DNA of 60,630 nucleotides, counting the filler, from Basidiobolus meristosporus CBS 931.73 (lineage: Eukaryota; Fungi; Basidiobolomycota): NCBI GenBank assembly GCA_002104905.1. It is 3 parts of 3 records of this genome, joined end to end, with 100 filler letters (N's around TTAATTAATTAA, not from the genome) between each part and the next. Parts side by side here need not be neighbours in the genome. Positions count along the whole stretch, not along the records: positions 45,562 to 60,630 come from MCFE01001157.1; 2 more parts are not named here. One strand, written 5' to 3'. The notes below the pieces were generated by a model. That model was not told the DNA's origin. It saw nothing but the letters and a program-made list of their open reading frames with translations, and ran no database searches. Positions within the stretch are counted from its first letter, which is position 1, and every line of letters begins with the position of its first letter. Below, piece after piece: positions 47,100-60,630 of this stretch. A program made the translations under genes and the position numbers.

Positions 47100-50000
47100 A
47101 ATCTTCCAACTCTACAATAGGAGCCCTGCTGATTTATACAACTATTGGCATATTTGTTCTCACATGCTCTGGTCTTTAGTCTATAGAGTAAAATGTTGCA
47201 TCTCATCTACAAGTCTTTGCAAATAATCCTCCAATTGTTAGATTTATTCTATATGTCACTGCTCTCAAAGCAGAGCTACAATCATTTGGTGGATCTATCA
47301 CTATTCAAAAGCTGCACCTTAAGCACTGAGATAAGTGACTAACATCACAGTGGTGCTGGATTAATCACTGATGCATTCTCCACTGTGCAGTCAACAGAGA
47401 AGGTATGCAGGATGTTGTGAAAGAAATGGTAATGTGCAAAAGCTGACAGATAATACACAGCAATAGATTGTAAATTCATCTCCACCAACCACCTCACTCA
47501 CTTGAGGCCACCACCTCTAGGAATCTTTAAGAGCTTTTTCATTTCCTCATTATTAAGCAGTAGGGTATAAAATACAGTTAATCTCCATCTGAGCCAGTGA
47601 TATCAAGTATTGTGAAAATTTGCTGGGGCAAAAGCTTCCTATCATACATGCTGCATTTGCACTTCAGCAGTATCCCAGTAATGATTCCAAGTAACCATGA
47701 GGCATCTCAAGCTGTAAGAGCCCCTTGAAATACCTGACATATCCAAAGATTTTGCAAACCATGCCATAGTATCCAATATCTGAGATGGAGTTTACAAGTG
47801 CTGGCCATGATCATTATGGACATGAAATACTGACAATGCTTGAACTGGATTACCAAGATGCACACCTACTCAAGTGACCTTCTCAGGCTCACTATGAAGA
47901 GCTGCAAGCCTGGAACTTATTTGATAATTTGATGGTCTTGTTATCACAACTGGCTGATATTCAGCAGTTTCTTCCCCTTCACATTTCTAGTTACAATTTC
48001 TGGCAAAAGTAGTTGGCCACTGTATACCAAGCCTACTATGACTGCAAGTTGGCCCAGTATCCTCCTGCAACATCTTTCTTCTTGTTGACGCAATATCTAG
48101 AGCATGATATATTGAAATTTGTGAGCTTAGAGAAACCTGGAATCCAGCTGGTTTTGTTGTGGTTTTCAGCTGGTCTTTTCCTTGTTATTCTTCTTAGGGG
48201 TGGTGTTGAGCTAGAGCAGTTGGAAGCATTGCTGCCAAAGGCTGACATTGCAGGATGTTTCATCCAGAAGTGATATGATGATGTTTGAGCCCAAAAGGAA
48301 AATATGTCCAGTACCTCTCATGTTAGCAGAGAATAGGTTCTCAAAGAAGAAAATTAATTAAAGGGCAGTAGAATACTGCCTTAACATTAGCTGTTTTTCA
48401 GGTTTCTCAGCACTACCAACTTTCTGTGACTCAGATGCTATTCATTCTATGCAAGCAGCATAGCTTTGAAGAGCAGACTAAGCCAGCTAGCACTTAGATT
48501 AACTTTGTCATGAACTACTTGTCACCTTAACAACAATGCAAGCAAGCATTTGAAGGAAAAGCACCAGCTGTATGCAAGCAAAGTACTGGGAAAATAACTG
48601 CTCCCCACACATCCGCTCAATAGGAGACCCCCCAAAGATGAAGTAAGGCGCAATATTCTCTTCAGAAGGCCACCTGAACAAATACACATCTAGCTGATTC
48701 AGTTCTTGCATTAGTATTATTACATTTGAATATGAATATTGATTGGAGCCTGTGGGATATACTTCTGGTAGCAGTTACTCTATAATATCTTGCCAATTCT
48801 ATCAATCACTCCAGTCTCTCTAAGAGCACATTTAGTCCAAAGTGTACTATCTACAGTTTGGTCTTCAGTATAGTGATATTGTTGAGTTGCAACACATTGC
48901 TTCCAGTAGAAAGCTTTTGCTCTAACAGATTGCTGCTATTTTAAGGATCTGCAGTTTTGATTAACTCCATATTCTGGCAAATGGCCAATAGCTTTGCAGC
49001 TTTGCTGCAATTGCATGCCAACTTCTATACATTTCCTCTGTGTGATGATGATGTTCTTGGTGTTGGTGTTAGGCTATTAATTATGTGTGTTCAATATGGA
49101 GTAAATCCTCTGGATCTCATACATTCAACAAAAGTACCATCCATTGTGCCCCAAAATGCCAGCTATGTTGCTCATAGCTCAGGTATCTTTTATATATGTA
49201 ATAATATGTACTTTGACATGTATGCCATTTACTAGTATCTTGCTGGATAGCACACAATACCTATGCAGCAATGGAGACAGGTAGCTATCCAAGCTGGTCA
49301 GTAATCTATGCCCAGACATCAACATGACTACCATCATATTTTTGCTTTGATACCATATGATTGGAAGCAGATTCAGGTTGATGAGAGTCAATGGAGAGCC
49401 AGAGTACCTATCCAGGTTAGGTGGTAATTCAGGCCCAGATACCAGTGAGACTACCATCAGATTTTGTCTCTGATACTGTAAGATAGGTGGCAGATTCAGG
49501 TTAGTGAGAATCAGTGGCCAGCAGGATTTCCTGGTAGAGTACTTGTTTATAAAAAATCTATCAAGTGCCAAGGCTAAGGAATGGACATACATACCCCAAA
49601 TTAGCCCTTGCTCTTTAGTTGTTTGTAATGTTTGCTGTCAAGAATATTGGAAATGCTCCTGCTTGATTGATATGCAGTACTGTACTCTATAGCTTTGTAA
49701 TATTTGTCAGACTGCATGAGCTTCTTTAGCTGGGGTATCACTGGAATATATATGGAATGTCAATAATTTTTCCTCCTATTATGGTGAATTCTTGCTCTGT
49801 TAGACACCTTGCAATTGTGGCATTTTTTGCTGTGAATACCATGCAACTGCTAACACATTCAGGTATCAGGACAGTCTCTAGGTTGCATGCTGCCAGCTGC
49901 ATGATGACTGTCCTTTATAATATATACATGCTTAATTGAATACTGGTATGATTGAGGCAATAAGGAGCAGTAAGTTCTAAAGCCCTAAGCACTAGTGTTG

Positions 50001-52850
50001 GTGGAACCATGCTGCTTCTCTAGCCACAACAATGCATCATTTGCCAATAAATGAAATGCTGGGCTCACTTGGCAATAGCAAGTAGCCCTGGCATTTTTTT
50101 CTCAGTTGTTGGCTGATGCATATTGGGACTTTGCTGGTCTCATGCATAGTATTGTTGTGTGGGGAAGTTGACCCACAGTCCATAAGTGTGCCAATTTATT
50201 CAGAACTATAGCTCTGAAGGCCATCATCAGAAGGCTGAGGCAAGCTAAGGGTGTCACAAACATACCTGACTCAGTTTGTGCAGGATTGTAGTATGGCTGC
50301 GTGTTGTTATAAATGTGTCAAGTATCAACAGGACATTGCTGGTACAGTAGTGATTGATAAATGATCAAATATAACTTGAGTGGTAAAACACAGGCCAAGA
50401 TCCTTGTAACACTTCCTATGCTGTCTGCATGCTTCATGGTTTGGAGGCTGGGTACAAAAGCTGCATGGACTTTGTTTCCCTTCTGATATTGCATTGAATT
50501 AGAGTAGTCAAATTGATGGGGCAAGCATCTTGACACTCAACAATGGAAAGCTTTATATCACTTTTTTGACAAGTCTCATATGAGTTTACAACAATCTTGC
50601 ATTTGAGACACTACATGTATATGAGTGTAAGATTCAATAGTGACCCATCATGGTATGCATCATAAATAAATTTGTGGCATCACATACACATGTACCTGTT
50701 GCACTGTTTCCCCTTTAGTTTGACCCTCTTCTGTATATATGCTGCCAAAAAGTAAAGCAATGTCATTTGGTTTCCAACTAAGTGCCCCTGCAAACAACAG
50801 CTGAAAAACAGTTGGACAACAGCTTGGTTTTATATTTAGTGCAACAAGTGCAGCTATATCCAAATAAGGCCATTTCAACAGTATGTGCACTAAAGGTTAT
50901 GATGCAGACTCCACAGGCTAACTGTCAAGAAGGTAAATGGGAATCTCTGCAGAGCTGCAAGCTGGTCATTATACTCTGGCATACAAGAATGCAGCATATG
51001 CAGTACCTCCACTGGAGTACCAGCAAATGGCCATCATAACATCACCACCACCAACAGTATTAGCAAGTATGTTGTCAGTTCATACCAAAGCATTAATGAT
51101 GCAATTAGTTGCAGTGGCAAATAGGATAGATGCAATGGCCTGGAGAAATTAGGAAATAGACCAGAGACAGGATGAGCAGGCAATGCATGAGAGCAATCAA
51201 TATCCTAGATATAGCAAGCAGGATGCAGTCTGTATAGATGCAACTCAAGTAGATTAATGCCACACACCCAAATTGAGCCACTTCCTAATGTATCAGCAGA
51301 GGAGCACTGTGCAGTCTTTGAAACACAGCAACCATGCTTAAAGATAAAGTCCATAAGTGAACCTATATTGAAGATCTGTGATGCTGCTGCATGCATTAAT
51401 CATGAGTGAGCTAGTATACAAGAGGTAGTAAGAAATCTAGCATTGCATCACCTTAAGGCCAGCATGCCATATGACTATCAGGGACTGAAGGCCAAGAAGA
51501 ATGCACTTGATCTGCCTCATGAGCTTTATCCTGGATTAAAGCAAGCAAGCAGATTTAGACCAGCAGTGGTATGCTAAGAAAGTATCTTAAGAACAGTAGA
51601 AACTAGCAAAGGCAGAAGAACATGGGTACCATGGCTAAAAATCAGCCATTTCCTCAAGTGCCTGTCACATGCAGGGCTGAAAGCTCAAATAGCTTGCAAA
51701 GAAAAGTCAGGTAGCCAGAAGAGTGTCAGTGAGGGACAAGCAGACAGAAACAAATGCACCAGTGCAGCATCTAGCAAGTAGAAGATGTAGTGTAATATAA
51801 GAAGCACTCAGTCAAGGTATCAATGAAAGACTTTGCAGTGATAAATGTAAAGGTAAAGAAAGAAAAGCTTACCTAATCCAGAGACAGGGAAGCACATGAA
51901 AAAAGTTACAGCTCTCACCAATCAGTGCTGTCAGCCCATGACAGGCTGAAACCTAAAATAGCCAAGAAGAATTACCAACTAAACAACCACTGCTTTTACT
52001 AGAGCTGGAAGCATAGCCTGTTAAGCTACACTCCAGTGAGGTAGATGAGCTTGCAGAGAAAGGCAGTTTGTGTACCACTGCCACCACATCCTCCATTGTA
52101 GACATAGTAGAGATCCTATTGGCTGATAAGTTACAATGTCAAGAACTCAGAAAATTATCACAAACACTACAGTGGAATTTTAGAACATCAATAGGCACAC
52201 AATGAGGTTGCAGCACTTCTACAAGAGTGGTGTTCAAGAAAACACACTTGAATATTGTAAGGATTTATTGCAAGGGCTGGCAGATGAAGTGCTAGACCTT
52301 GCAGTGCTAGCTGAAGACCAGGACATATGGGAACCAGTGAATGAACAGTATCATAATTTCATAGGGTTACCATTAAAGTTGTGGAAAATGGGCACTGAAG
52401 CAGAAATATTTGCCAAGTGGTGGGCTTCAATGGAGTTACTTTTTGAGTGTGGGGGTTAGCTAAATGTTAGTGCTGAGTAAAGGGACTTGTATAGATCAGT
52501 ACAGTTTGCAATGGAGTTGCAACTGAAGTTTCAATGGAAATAAACCAATTTGAATGCATAATAAGTAAGATCATTGACTAGCAATGAAGTGAGGAGTGTG
52601 AAAAAGAGACAATAGCCAATCAATGTATACAAATGTTGGAGGTGATTGAGTGTCCAGGATCAGGAAATGAGAGAGTTGGCAGCAAACCAATTAAAAGCCC
52701 TTTATGTATTGTTGTAATGAAAAATTTTGACCAAGTTTTTTTTGAAATCTCAGGTGCAATTTTTTTCTATGATTTTGCACAGTTTCTGAATGGGATTAAT
52801 ACCTCTTAGTCACAGGATTTTGATTTTGGGATGACCTTTTGACAGGATTA
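47100..52850. repeat. CpG-poor, ORF-less, probably decayed repeat DNA; family not identified
   Basis: No recognisable long ORFs, and composition matches the flanking TE relics. Confidence 0.4.
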
Positions 52851-52859
52851 TCACAAATA

Positions 52860-55800
52860 TTTTGCATAGGGAACACTTGATGCAGTTGGAGCAGGAACTA
52901 TTCAAGTAAACCTCAGAAGCAGTGGAGGACACCACATTTACCTTCCAAAAAGCATGTTATGTACCAGAAATAGCCAAGAATCTACCAGTGGTAAGCAAGG
53001 CGATAGCAGAAGGACTTAGTTTTAGTTTTGACAATTCAGGATGCAGGGTCACTGATCAAACAGTGCCCATATTGCCTTGGGTATCAGAGATCAGAATCTC
53101 AACAAGTTGACTTATATTCCACCATATCTGGAGGTCAATATAAGTAGCTTAAGCAAAGAAACACCAATGACTTGGCACAGAAGATTTGGATGCATCATTT
53201 TATATATTTGCCCAAAATGATCAAAGATCAGCAAATTTCTAGAGTAAAAGTTGATCCCCCTGCTGATTTGGAGCCCTGTGAAGGCTGCAAATATGGGAAG
53301 CAAGCCTAATAACCATTCAAGAGCTTGAGATTACTCAATAATAAGATAAGATTAGATCTAATTCATTAAAACTTATGTGGACTAAGTGAGATTTATCCTT
53401 TGGTTGCATGAAGTATCTGGTCACATTAATTGATACTGGACAGGTTATGCTTGGCTCTACTTCATGGAAAGAAAGAGAGAAGCACCAGCAAAGCTCTGAG
53501 AGCTTAAAACCATGGTGAAGAGAGAAACTGGTGAAAAGTCAAATAAAAATGCACCAATAATAGTGGAGAATGTACCCAGAGCTCTTCATCCAATTCCGCA
53601 AATTCATGGAATACAGCAAGAGACTGCAGTACCATACTCCCCTCTGCAAAATGAAGTTGCAGAATGGGTAAACTGATCAATAACTGACATTACAAGATAC
53701 ATGACTTGTGATCAAAATTTTGCTAACATTTAGGATGGAATCTGTTGCTGCAGCTGCATATCTCAAAATAGAAGTTATGGCAAGATGCTTTGTGATTGTA
53801 CTCCATCTGAGGCATGGCATAGATATAGGCCAAGTGCAGAGCACCCAAGAATACTTTGTTATGCAGCATAGGCCAAGAAACTACCTAGAAATGAGTAAAG
53901 ATTTAAGCCAAAAAGTATTGAATGCATATTTTTGAGTTATTGTGATGAGGTTAAGGCATACCAGCTCTACAATTCCCAAATAACAAAGATGATCATGTTG
54001 AAGGATATATTATTTGATGAAAACTCAATTTTTTTGCAAAAAATGACATCCAATGATGACAGAAATCTATTCACATAACCACAAATATACCGGACTGAAC
54101 CAAAGCAAAACAATAATATATTTTTCACTCCAGAGGACTTTGCTACTGTGGCTCAGCCTGAAGTAGTGTCCTGGAATATCTCAGAAGTGGTCACTCCAAC
54201 ATCATAGGACAGGAAATCCAACCAGATTAGAAATAGCTAAAATTTCCATACCACTGATTGTACCAACCTGGCCTATGCCAATCCAGTCCCTATTGATGGG
54301 TGCCAAACTGTAGAAGCGGCCCTAAATAGCCCTCAGACAAAGCTTGGGAGATCTACAATGACTAAGGAGTATTAGACCCTGATGAATAATCAAACTTATG
54401 ACTTTGTCAAATTACCAATTAAGCAAAAGTTAATTGGATACAGATGGGTCTTCAAGATGAAATACAATGCTGATGGTATAACTGAAAGATTCAAAGCAAG
54501 ACTTGAATCTTTGGGCTTACAAAGTAGTTCTGTTGGCTGTGCTATCTACAGTAAGCCCAATAGAGCAAGTCCAGCTCTATTAGTGCTATATGCGGATGCT
54601 GTCATTTTGGCCACTAATATTCAAGAAACATTTCAAGAGACTAAGTCCAGTCTATCTAAGGAGTACAAGATGTCCAATCTCAGAGAGCTCAGTTTTTACT
54701 CAAGAATAAAATTCTCTGTAGACAGAAGTACCCTGACTATCACCATAAGTGAGTCCAAGCTTACCTAAGATATATTTAAAATACAACAGATAGCATTGTA
54801 AAAATCTTGGAGATATTGCCAGTGAATGGGAAAACAAGTAGATTATGAGGTTTTCACTTAGTGATTTGTTGAATGTAAAAGTAGTATGTATACTTTACAT
54901 GTTCTTGGTTGAACAAGCATGTAGAATAGGTTTAGAAATTTGCCAAGAGCATATGTGCAAAGTCTGGGGCTGTTTGGATAACTTTGAGAATTATCATGAA
55001 GTAGATACTTGATATTTTGGTGAAAATACTCATAGTAGATCTTGATTAGGAATTTGGTCAGTATTCTCTTATATTTGTAGGTAAAGATCTATATGACTAA
55101 GCTGGGTGCATATTTAGGTGGAATGACAAGCTTTTACAACACCCCCACTCAACTAAATGGTCATACTGACTAATCCTAGTTATGACCTAAGATATCCCAA
55201 TTTGTCTCTAGCTAATGCTTTGGTAACTATGTCTGCAAGCATTTCATCTGTAATACAGTAAGCTAAGTTAGCCAATTTATTCTCTATAGCTTCTTATATG
55301 AAATGATGTTGAATATCTATGTACTTAGTTCCAGCATGAAAAGTAGAATTTCTACCTGATTGTATACATCCTTGATTATCTTGAAATAGATTTATAGGTG
55401 TTATTTGACATAAGCCTAAGTCTTTGAAAGCTTTCTTAACAACTTTGCTTCTTTTGTAGCTACACAGGCTGCCATAAACTCTGCCTCTGTGGTGGAAAGT
55501 GATATGGTTGGCTGCTTTCTTGGCTCCCATGAAATTGCTACTTTACAGTAATCAAAGGTGTATCCTGTGGTGGATCTTCTATCTTTGGAGCTTTGTCCCC
55601 AATCAGCATCAGAGTATCCCATAAAATTGTGTTCTGCATCCTTATAGGTGAATCTTAAGCATATACCTGCAATTTCTTTTAGGTATCTAAAAATCTGCTT
55701 AATTTCTGCAATATGATCAAGTCAAAAGTTCTGACTATGCAAGCTGACAACTCCCACTGAATATGAAAGTATCTGTACCAGTTCCAAGCATGATATGCAG

Positions 55801-58800
55801 CAAACTGCCAACCATAGACTGGTAAGGGAATTATGAGCTTTCAGATGGCACTAAGTGCTCTTGATTTGGTTGAGTTTTGAACAACTCAAGAATTGTCTCC
55901 ATTGGGGTTGCTGCCAGATAAAGTCTTACATTTGGTACTTGTTGTGTAAGTCTTGAGTATACTTGGACTGGCTTGGGGTTATAGTCTGGGTACTTCTGTC
56001 TATAGAGAACTTTATTCCCAAGTAGTAACTGAGTTTTCCAAGACTGGACATCTTGAACTCCTTAAATAGGCTAGATTCAGTAACTTCCAGTGTATATTGG
56101 TTATTGGTGGCTATAACAGGGTCACCAACATATAGTGCCAATGGAAGTGCATTAGCTTCATCTGGCCTAGAGTAGATACTATAGTCAGCAGCACTTCTTA
56201 GGAAACTCAAAGATTCCAAATAAGGATCTATATCTTAATTCCAGCCTCTTGATGGTTTTCTGAAGTCATATAAAGATTTTTAAGCTTGCAAACCATTAGA
56301 GGTTTATCTTGGTCAGCAAACCCATCAGGCTGGTCTATGTAATGTCTTCATCAAGTTCTCCATTAAAAAATGCACTTCAACACCCATCTGATGATTATAA
56401 AGCTTGTAAATTTTGTGGTTATCACTTGATGGTTTATTGAGTGTGAATGTATTGTTTTTACTACTACATGATCTTGACATACCAAGCGCATATAATAGGC
56501 TTAGGAAGGTTGGAAGAACATGTGTGCAAAGTATGGGGCTGTTTGGACTACATTCAGAATTTTCATGTTCTCTGTACCTCATATCATGGTAGAAATATTG
56601 TAAGTAAATCCTAACAAGAAATTTGGTCAGTGTTCTCTAGGATTTGTAGGTAATGATCTAAGTGACCATGCTTGGTGAGTATTCAGGTGGAATTACAACT
56701 TTTTACTACAGTTCAAAGACTGTAAACTGGTAGCTACCACAATGGAGACAAACCTCAGCTTAGTCCAAACTCAAACAAATCAAAAGAGTTTGGTGCCACC
56801 TGAAAGCCCAGGATACCCCTATCAACCTATGGTTGGCAGTCTGATGTATATCATGCTTGGAACATGTCAAGATATCTCATTCAGTGAGAGTTGTCAGCCA
56901 GCATAATCAGAACTATAGATCTGATCATATTGCAGTAGTTAAGCAGACTTTTAGCCACCTAAAAAGAGGCTGCTGATGTCTGCTTGAGGTACAAGTATAA
57001 AAATTCAGAACAGGATCTTGTGAAATACTCTGGTGCTGGTTGGGGACAAATATCCAAAGACAGAAGATCCACAACAGGTTACACCTTTATATATTGCAAA
57101 GGAGCAACATCATGGAATTCAAGAAAGCAACCAACTGTAACACTTTCCATGACAGAAGCAGAATATATGGCAGCCTGTGAGACTACAAAAGAAGTAAAGT
57201 GAGTAAGAACTCCTTTTAAGTACTTTGACTTATGTCAAAAATTAATTATTAAACCATTTCAAGAAATTAAGGATGTATATGATTGAGTAAAAATCCTGCT
57301 TTTCATGCTAGATGTAAGCACACAGAGATCAGACATTATTTCATTTATGAAGCTATAGAGAATAGCTTAGCTCAGTTAGTTTACTCTTCTACAGATGCAA
57401 TGATTGCAGACATATTTACCATTCCATTAGCTAGAGACAAATTTCAATATCTTAGGTCATAATAAGGACTGGTCAGTATGAGCATTTAGTTGAGTGAAAG
57501 TGATAGAACACTGGTGATTCCACCTAAATACTCACCCAACCTAGTCACTTGGATCATTACCTACATATCCTAGAGAATAATGGCCAAATTCCTTGTTGGG
57601 ACTTACTTAAAATATTTTTACTATAATACTAGGTACCCACAACACAAGAATTCTCAGAGTTGTCCAAACAGCCCCAAACTTTGTACACATGTTCTTCCAC
57701 CCTTCCTCAGCATATTTCATGTACTTGGTATGCCAAGATCATGTAATAGTATAAATACTACTTTTACATTCAATAAATTATTGAGTGATAACCACATAAT
57801 CTACTAGTTCTCCCAGTTACTTCCAATATTGCAAAGTCTCTTACAACAGTATGGACTCATTAACTCTGGGTACTTGAGTATAATGATCAGAAATTGGTTA
57901 AAATTCCTTGTTGGAATTTACTTGGAATCTTTTCACCAGAATACTAGGTACTCAGAACTTGATAATTCTCAAGGTTGTCCAAACAGCCCCATACTTTGCA
58001 CACATGCTCTTGGAACCTTCCTAAGCATATTATATGTGCTTGGTATGCCAGTAACGTGCAATAGTGTAAATACTACTTTTACATTCAATAAATCACTAAG
58101 AGAAACCACACAATCTACTTGATTGCACAATTACTTCCAATATGTCCAAGACTCTTACAGCAATATGGACACATTAGTTCTGAGTACTTCAGCATAATGA
58201 TCAGACATAGGTTAAATTTGAGAGCTAAATACAAAAAAAAAGTTCAAACTAAATTGAAATAGCCTAAACTGCAGTATAAGCTAGGGCCCAAACCTAGCCA
58301 ATGCTACTCATTCCATGTAAATGAGCTCCAGGCAGTAACTAACCCTAAATCAATATTTAGACTACACAGAAGCCTGGGCACTGGTAATCAAGTCCAACTC
58401 CACAAGTAAATATAAGCTGTTGCATCCTGATGTAAGTCTTCAACTCATCAAATGGATATCAGAGCTGCATTCTCAAATGAGGGACTTCATGAAAATGCTT
58501 ATATGGGCCAGCCTGATGGGTTACTTTGATACAGATTTGAGAAAGAATCAGTACACAGAGGAACCACCACAGGATACAGCTTTCTTCACTACAAAGGAGA
58601 AATATCATGGAATTCAAGAAAGCAGTCTACCACAGCATTTTGGGCCAGAGAGGCAGATTATATAGCAGCTTGGGAGGCCACAAAAGAGACAATGTGGCTG
58701 TGGAAGCTCCTCAAAGATTTATGATTATATCAAATACACCCAACTGCTATATTTCAAGATAATCAAGAATATATACAATTAGTGAGAAATCCAGCTTTTT

Positions 58801-58930
58801 CTGCAGGAACTGCGCACTTAGATGTTAGATATCATTTCATATGGAAAGCTATAAGGAACAACTTAGTTTACTGTCGTACAGATCAAGTGAGTACAGATAC
58901 CTCATAAAACCACTAGCCAGAGTCAAATAT
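52860..58930. mobile_element. Cluster of nested decayed copia fragments and LTRs on both strands
   Basis: + pol relic 52860-54770 homologous to 39470-41480. On -: LTR about 54795-55141 with PPT GAGTGGGGG, RNase H (DADWGQ...DRRSTTGY) 55200-55620, RT 55920-56360, LTR about 56380-56700. On +: RT/RNase H 56720-57490, LTRs about 57500-57850 and 57890-58170, fragments to 58930. Confidence 0.85.
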
Positions 58931-59097
58931 AAATATATAATGATTAGATCTGCGGCATGTATGGAGGGAATGAACTCGATTATCAGATACCAGCCATTGC
59001 ATGCTATTTGATCGGGCATGCCCTCCCAAATCACATGATACAAAATGGATTATCACCACAAGACAGTCATCGTGACCTCACCTTTGCAAGCTTCCAC

Positions 59098-59607
59098 ATG
59101 ACTGAAGAAAGCCAAGATACCACCTTCGTAACTCTAACAAGCTCCGACGGGTTCGAATTTCACATTAGCAAACAAGCGGCCCTAGGATCAGGGACGATTC
59201 GGAACATGTTAAGCTCGAATGGTACGCTCTACGAGACACCAAGCCAAAAAAAAGAAGGAAACCCCCAAACTAACGAATACAAACCAACCAGGCCCGTTTA
59301 CCGAGTCCTTGGAGAATGAGATCCACTTCCGCGAGATTAGGTAACTCGTTGACAATCCGGTAGCGCACATCGAACTGGGCTAAAATAGACGAATTTCTTC
59401 ACCAGGGCGGTGATCCTGGAGAGGGTGTGCCAATACCTTTATTACAAGCTGAAATACACCAACTCGACCTCAGAGATGCCGGATTTCGGTTCCAAGATCG
59501 AACCTGAGATCGCGTTGGAACTTCTGATGGCGGCGGATTTCTTGGAAGGTAAAAGTTTCTGTACCCTCCTTCGGTCCATTCCAACTGTTGAACTTTGTTT
59601 AGTATGA
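59098..59607 (+). CDS. ELC1: Elongin C (SKP1/BTB family), about 106 aa, 4 exons
   Basis: Exons 59098-59221, 59292-59340, 59406-59548, 59603-59607. [54 protein letters not shown]. Confidence 0.92.
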
Positions 59608-59822
59608 TTTAATATAGGCACAAAAGTATCTATCAGGCCTCGGAGAAAAGAACTTGATCTAAACTTCACACATTGGGTAAACGATAATCAACCGCTAATA
59701 AATCAATTTCCGGGAATTTATATGACCAATTGGGATTACAATTTGATGCTGTTTAATTTATTGCTAATTTATATAATTACATGTGGAATATATCTTGAGT
59801 TTCAATTAATCTGTTCAAAAAC

Positions 59823-60630
<808 letters not shown>

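Noticed and set aside
47100-52850. Short ORFs as genes or as CACTA/KDZ transposase remnants
   Set aside because: I could not read convincing catalytic motifs in any frame; a translated profile search would be needed.

Overview
This is fungal genomic DNA. Short ~55-70 nt GT-AG introns, TTAGGG telomeres and an animal-type glutamate dehydrogenase suggest an early-diverging, Basidiobolus-like lineage (inference). The window consists of three sequence blocks (1-30409, 30510-45461, 45562-60630) joined by two identical 100-bp artificial linkers (N44-TTAATTAATTAA-N44), so adjacency across the linkers is unproven. Block 1 is genic. It holds a cytochrome P450 and an intron-rich ABCB transporter transcribed divergently from a spliced fusion of L-ornithine N5-oxygenase (SidA) and a hydroxyornithine N-acyltransferase; their shared promoter has five perfect ATCWGATAA iron-repressor boxes. 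It also holds a secreted expansin-like protein, a tandem array of genes and relics encoding disordered 22-aa acidic/Arg-Gly-Tyr repeat proteins, a NiCoT nickel transporter plus its pseudogene, and a LaeA-like methyltransferase. Block 2 holds an ABCB transporter split by one in-frame TAA, then CpG-poor repeats ending in a telomere. There a copia element is broken and capped by a head-to-tail stack of 5'-truncated non-LTR elements joined through TTAGGG. The stack includes an APE-RT LINE whose ORF2 follows ORF1 in frame across UGA-CUA, and an ORF1-only partner. Block 3 contains foldback MITEs, decayed copia fragments, Elongin C and the 3' part of GDH. The strongest candidates for novel systems are the telomere-capping LINE/ORF1-only pair, the polyampholyte repeat-protein array and the SidA-acyltransferase fusion.
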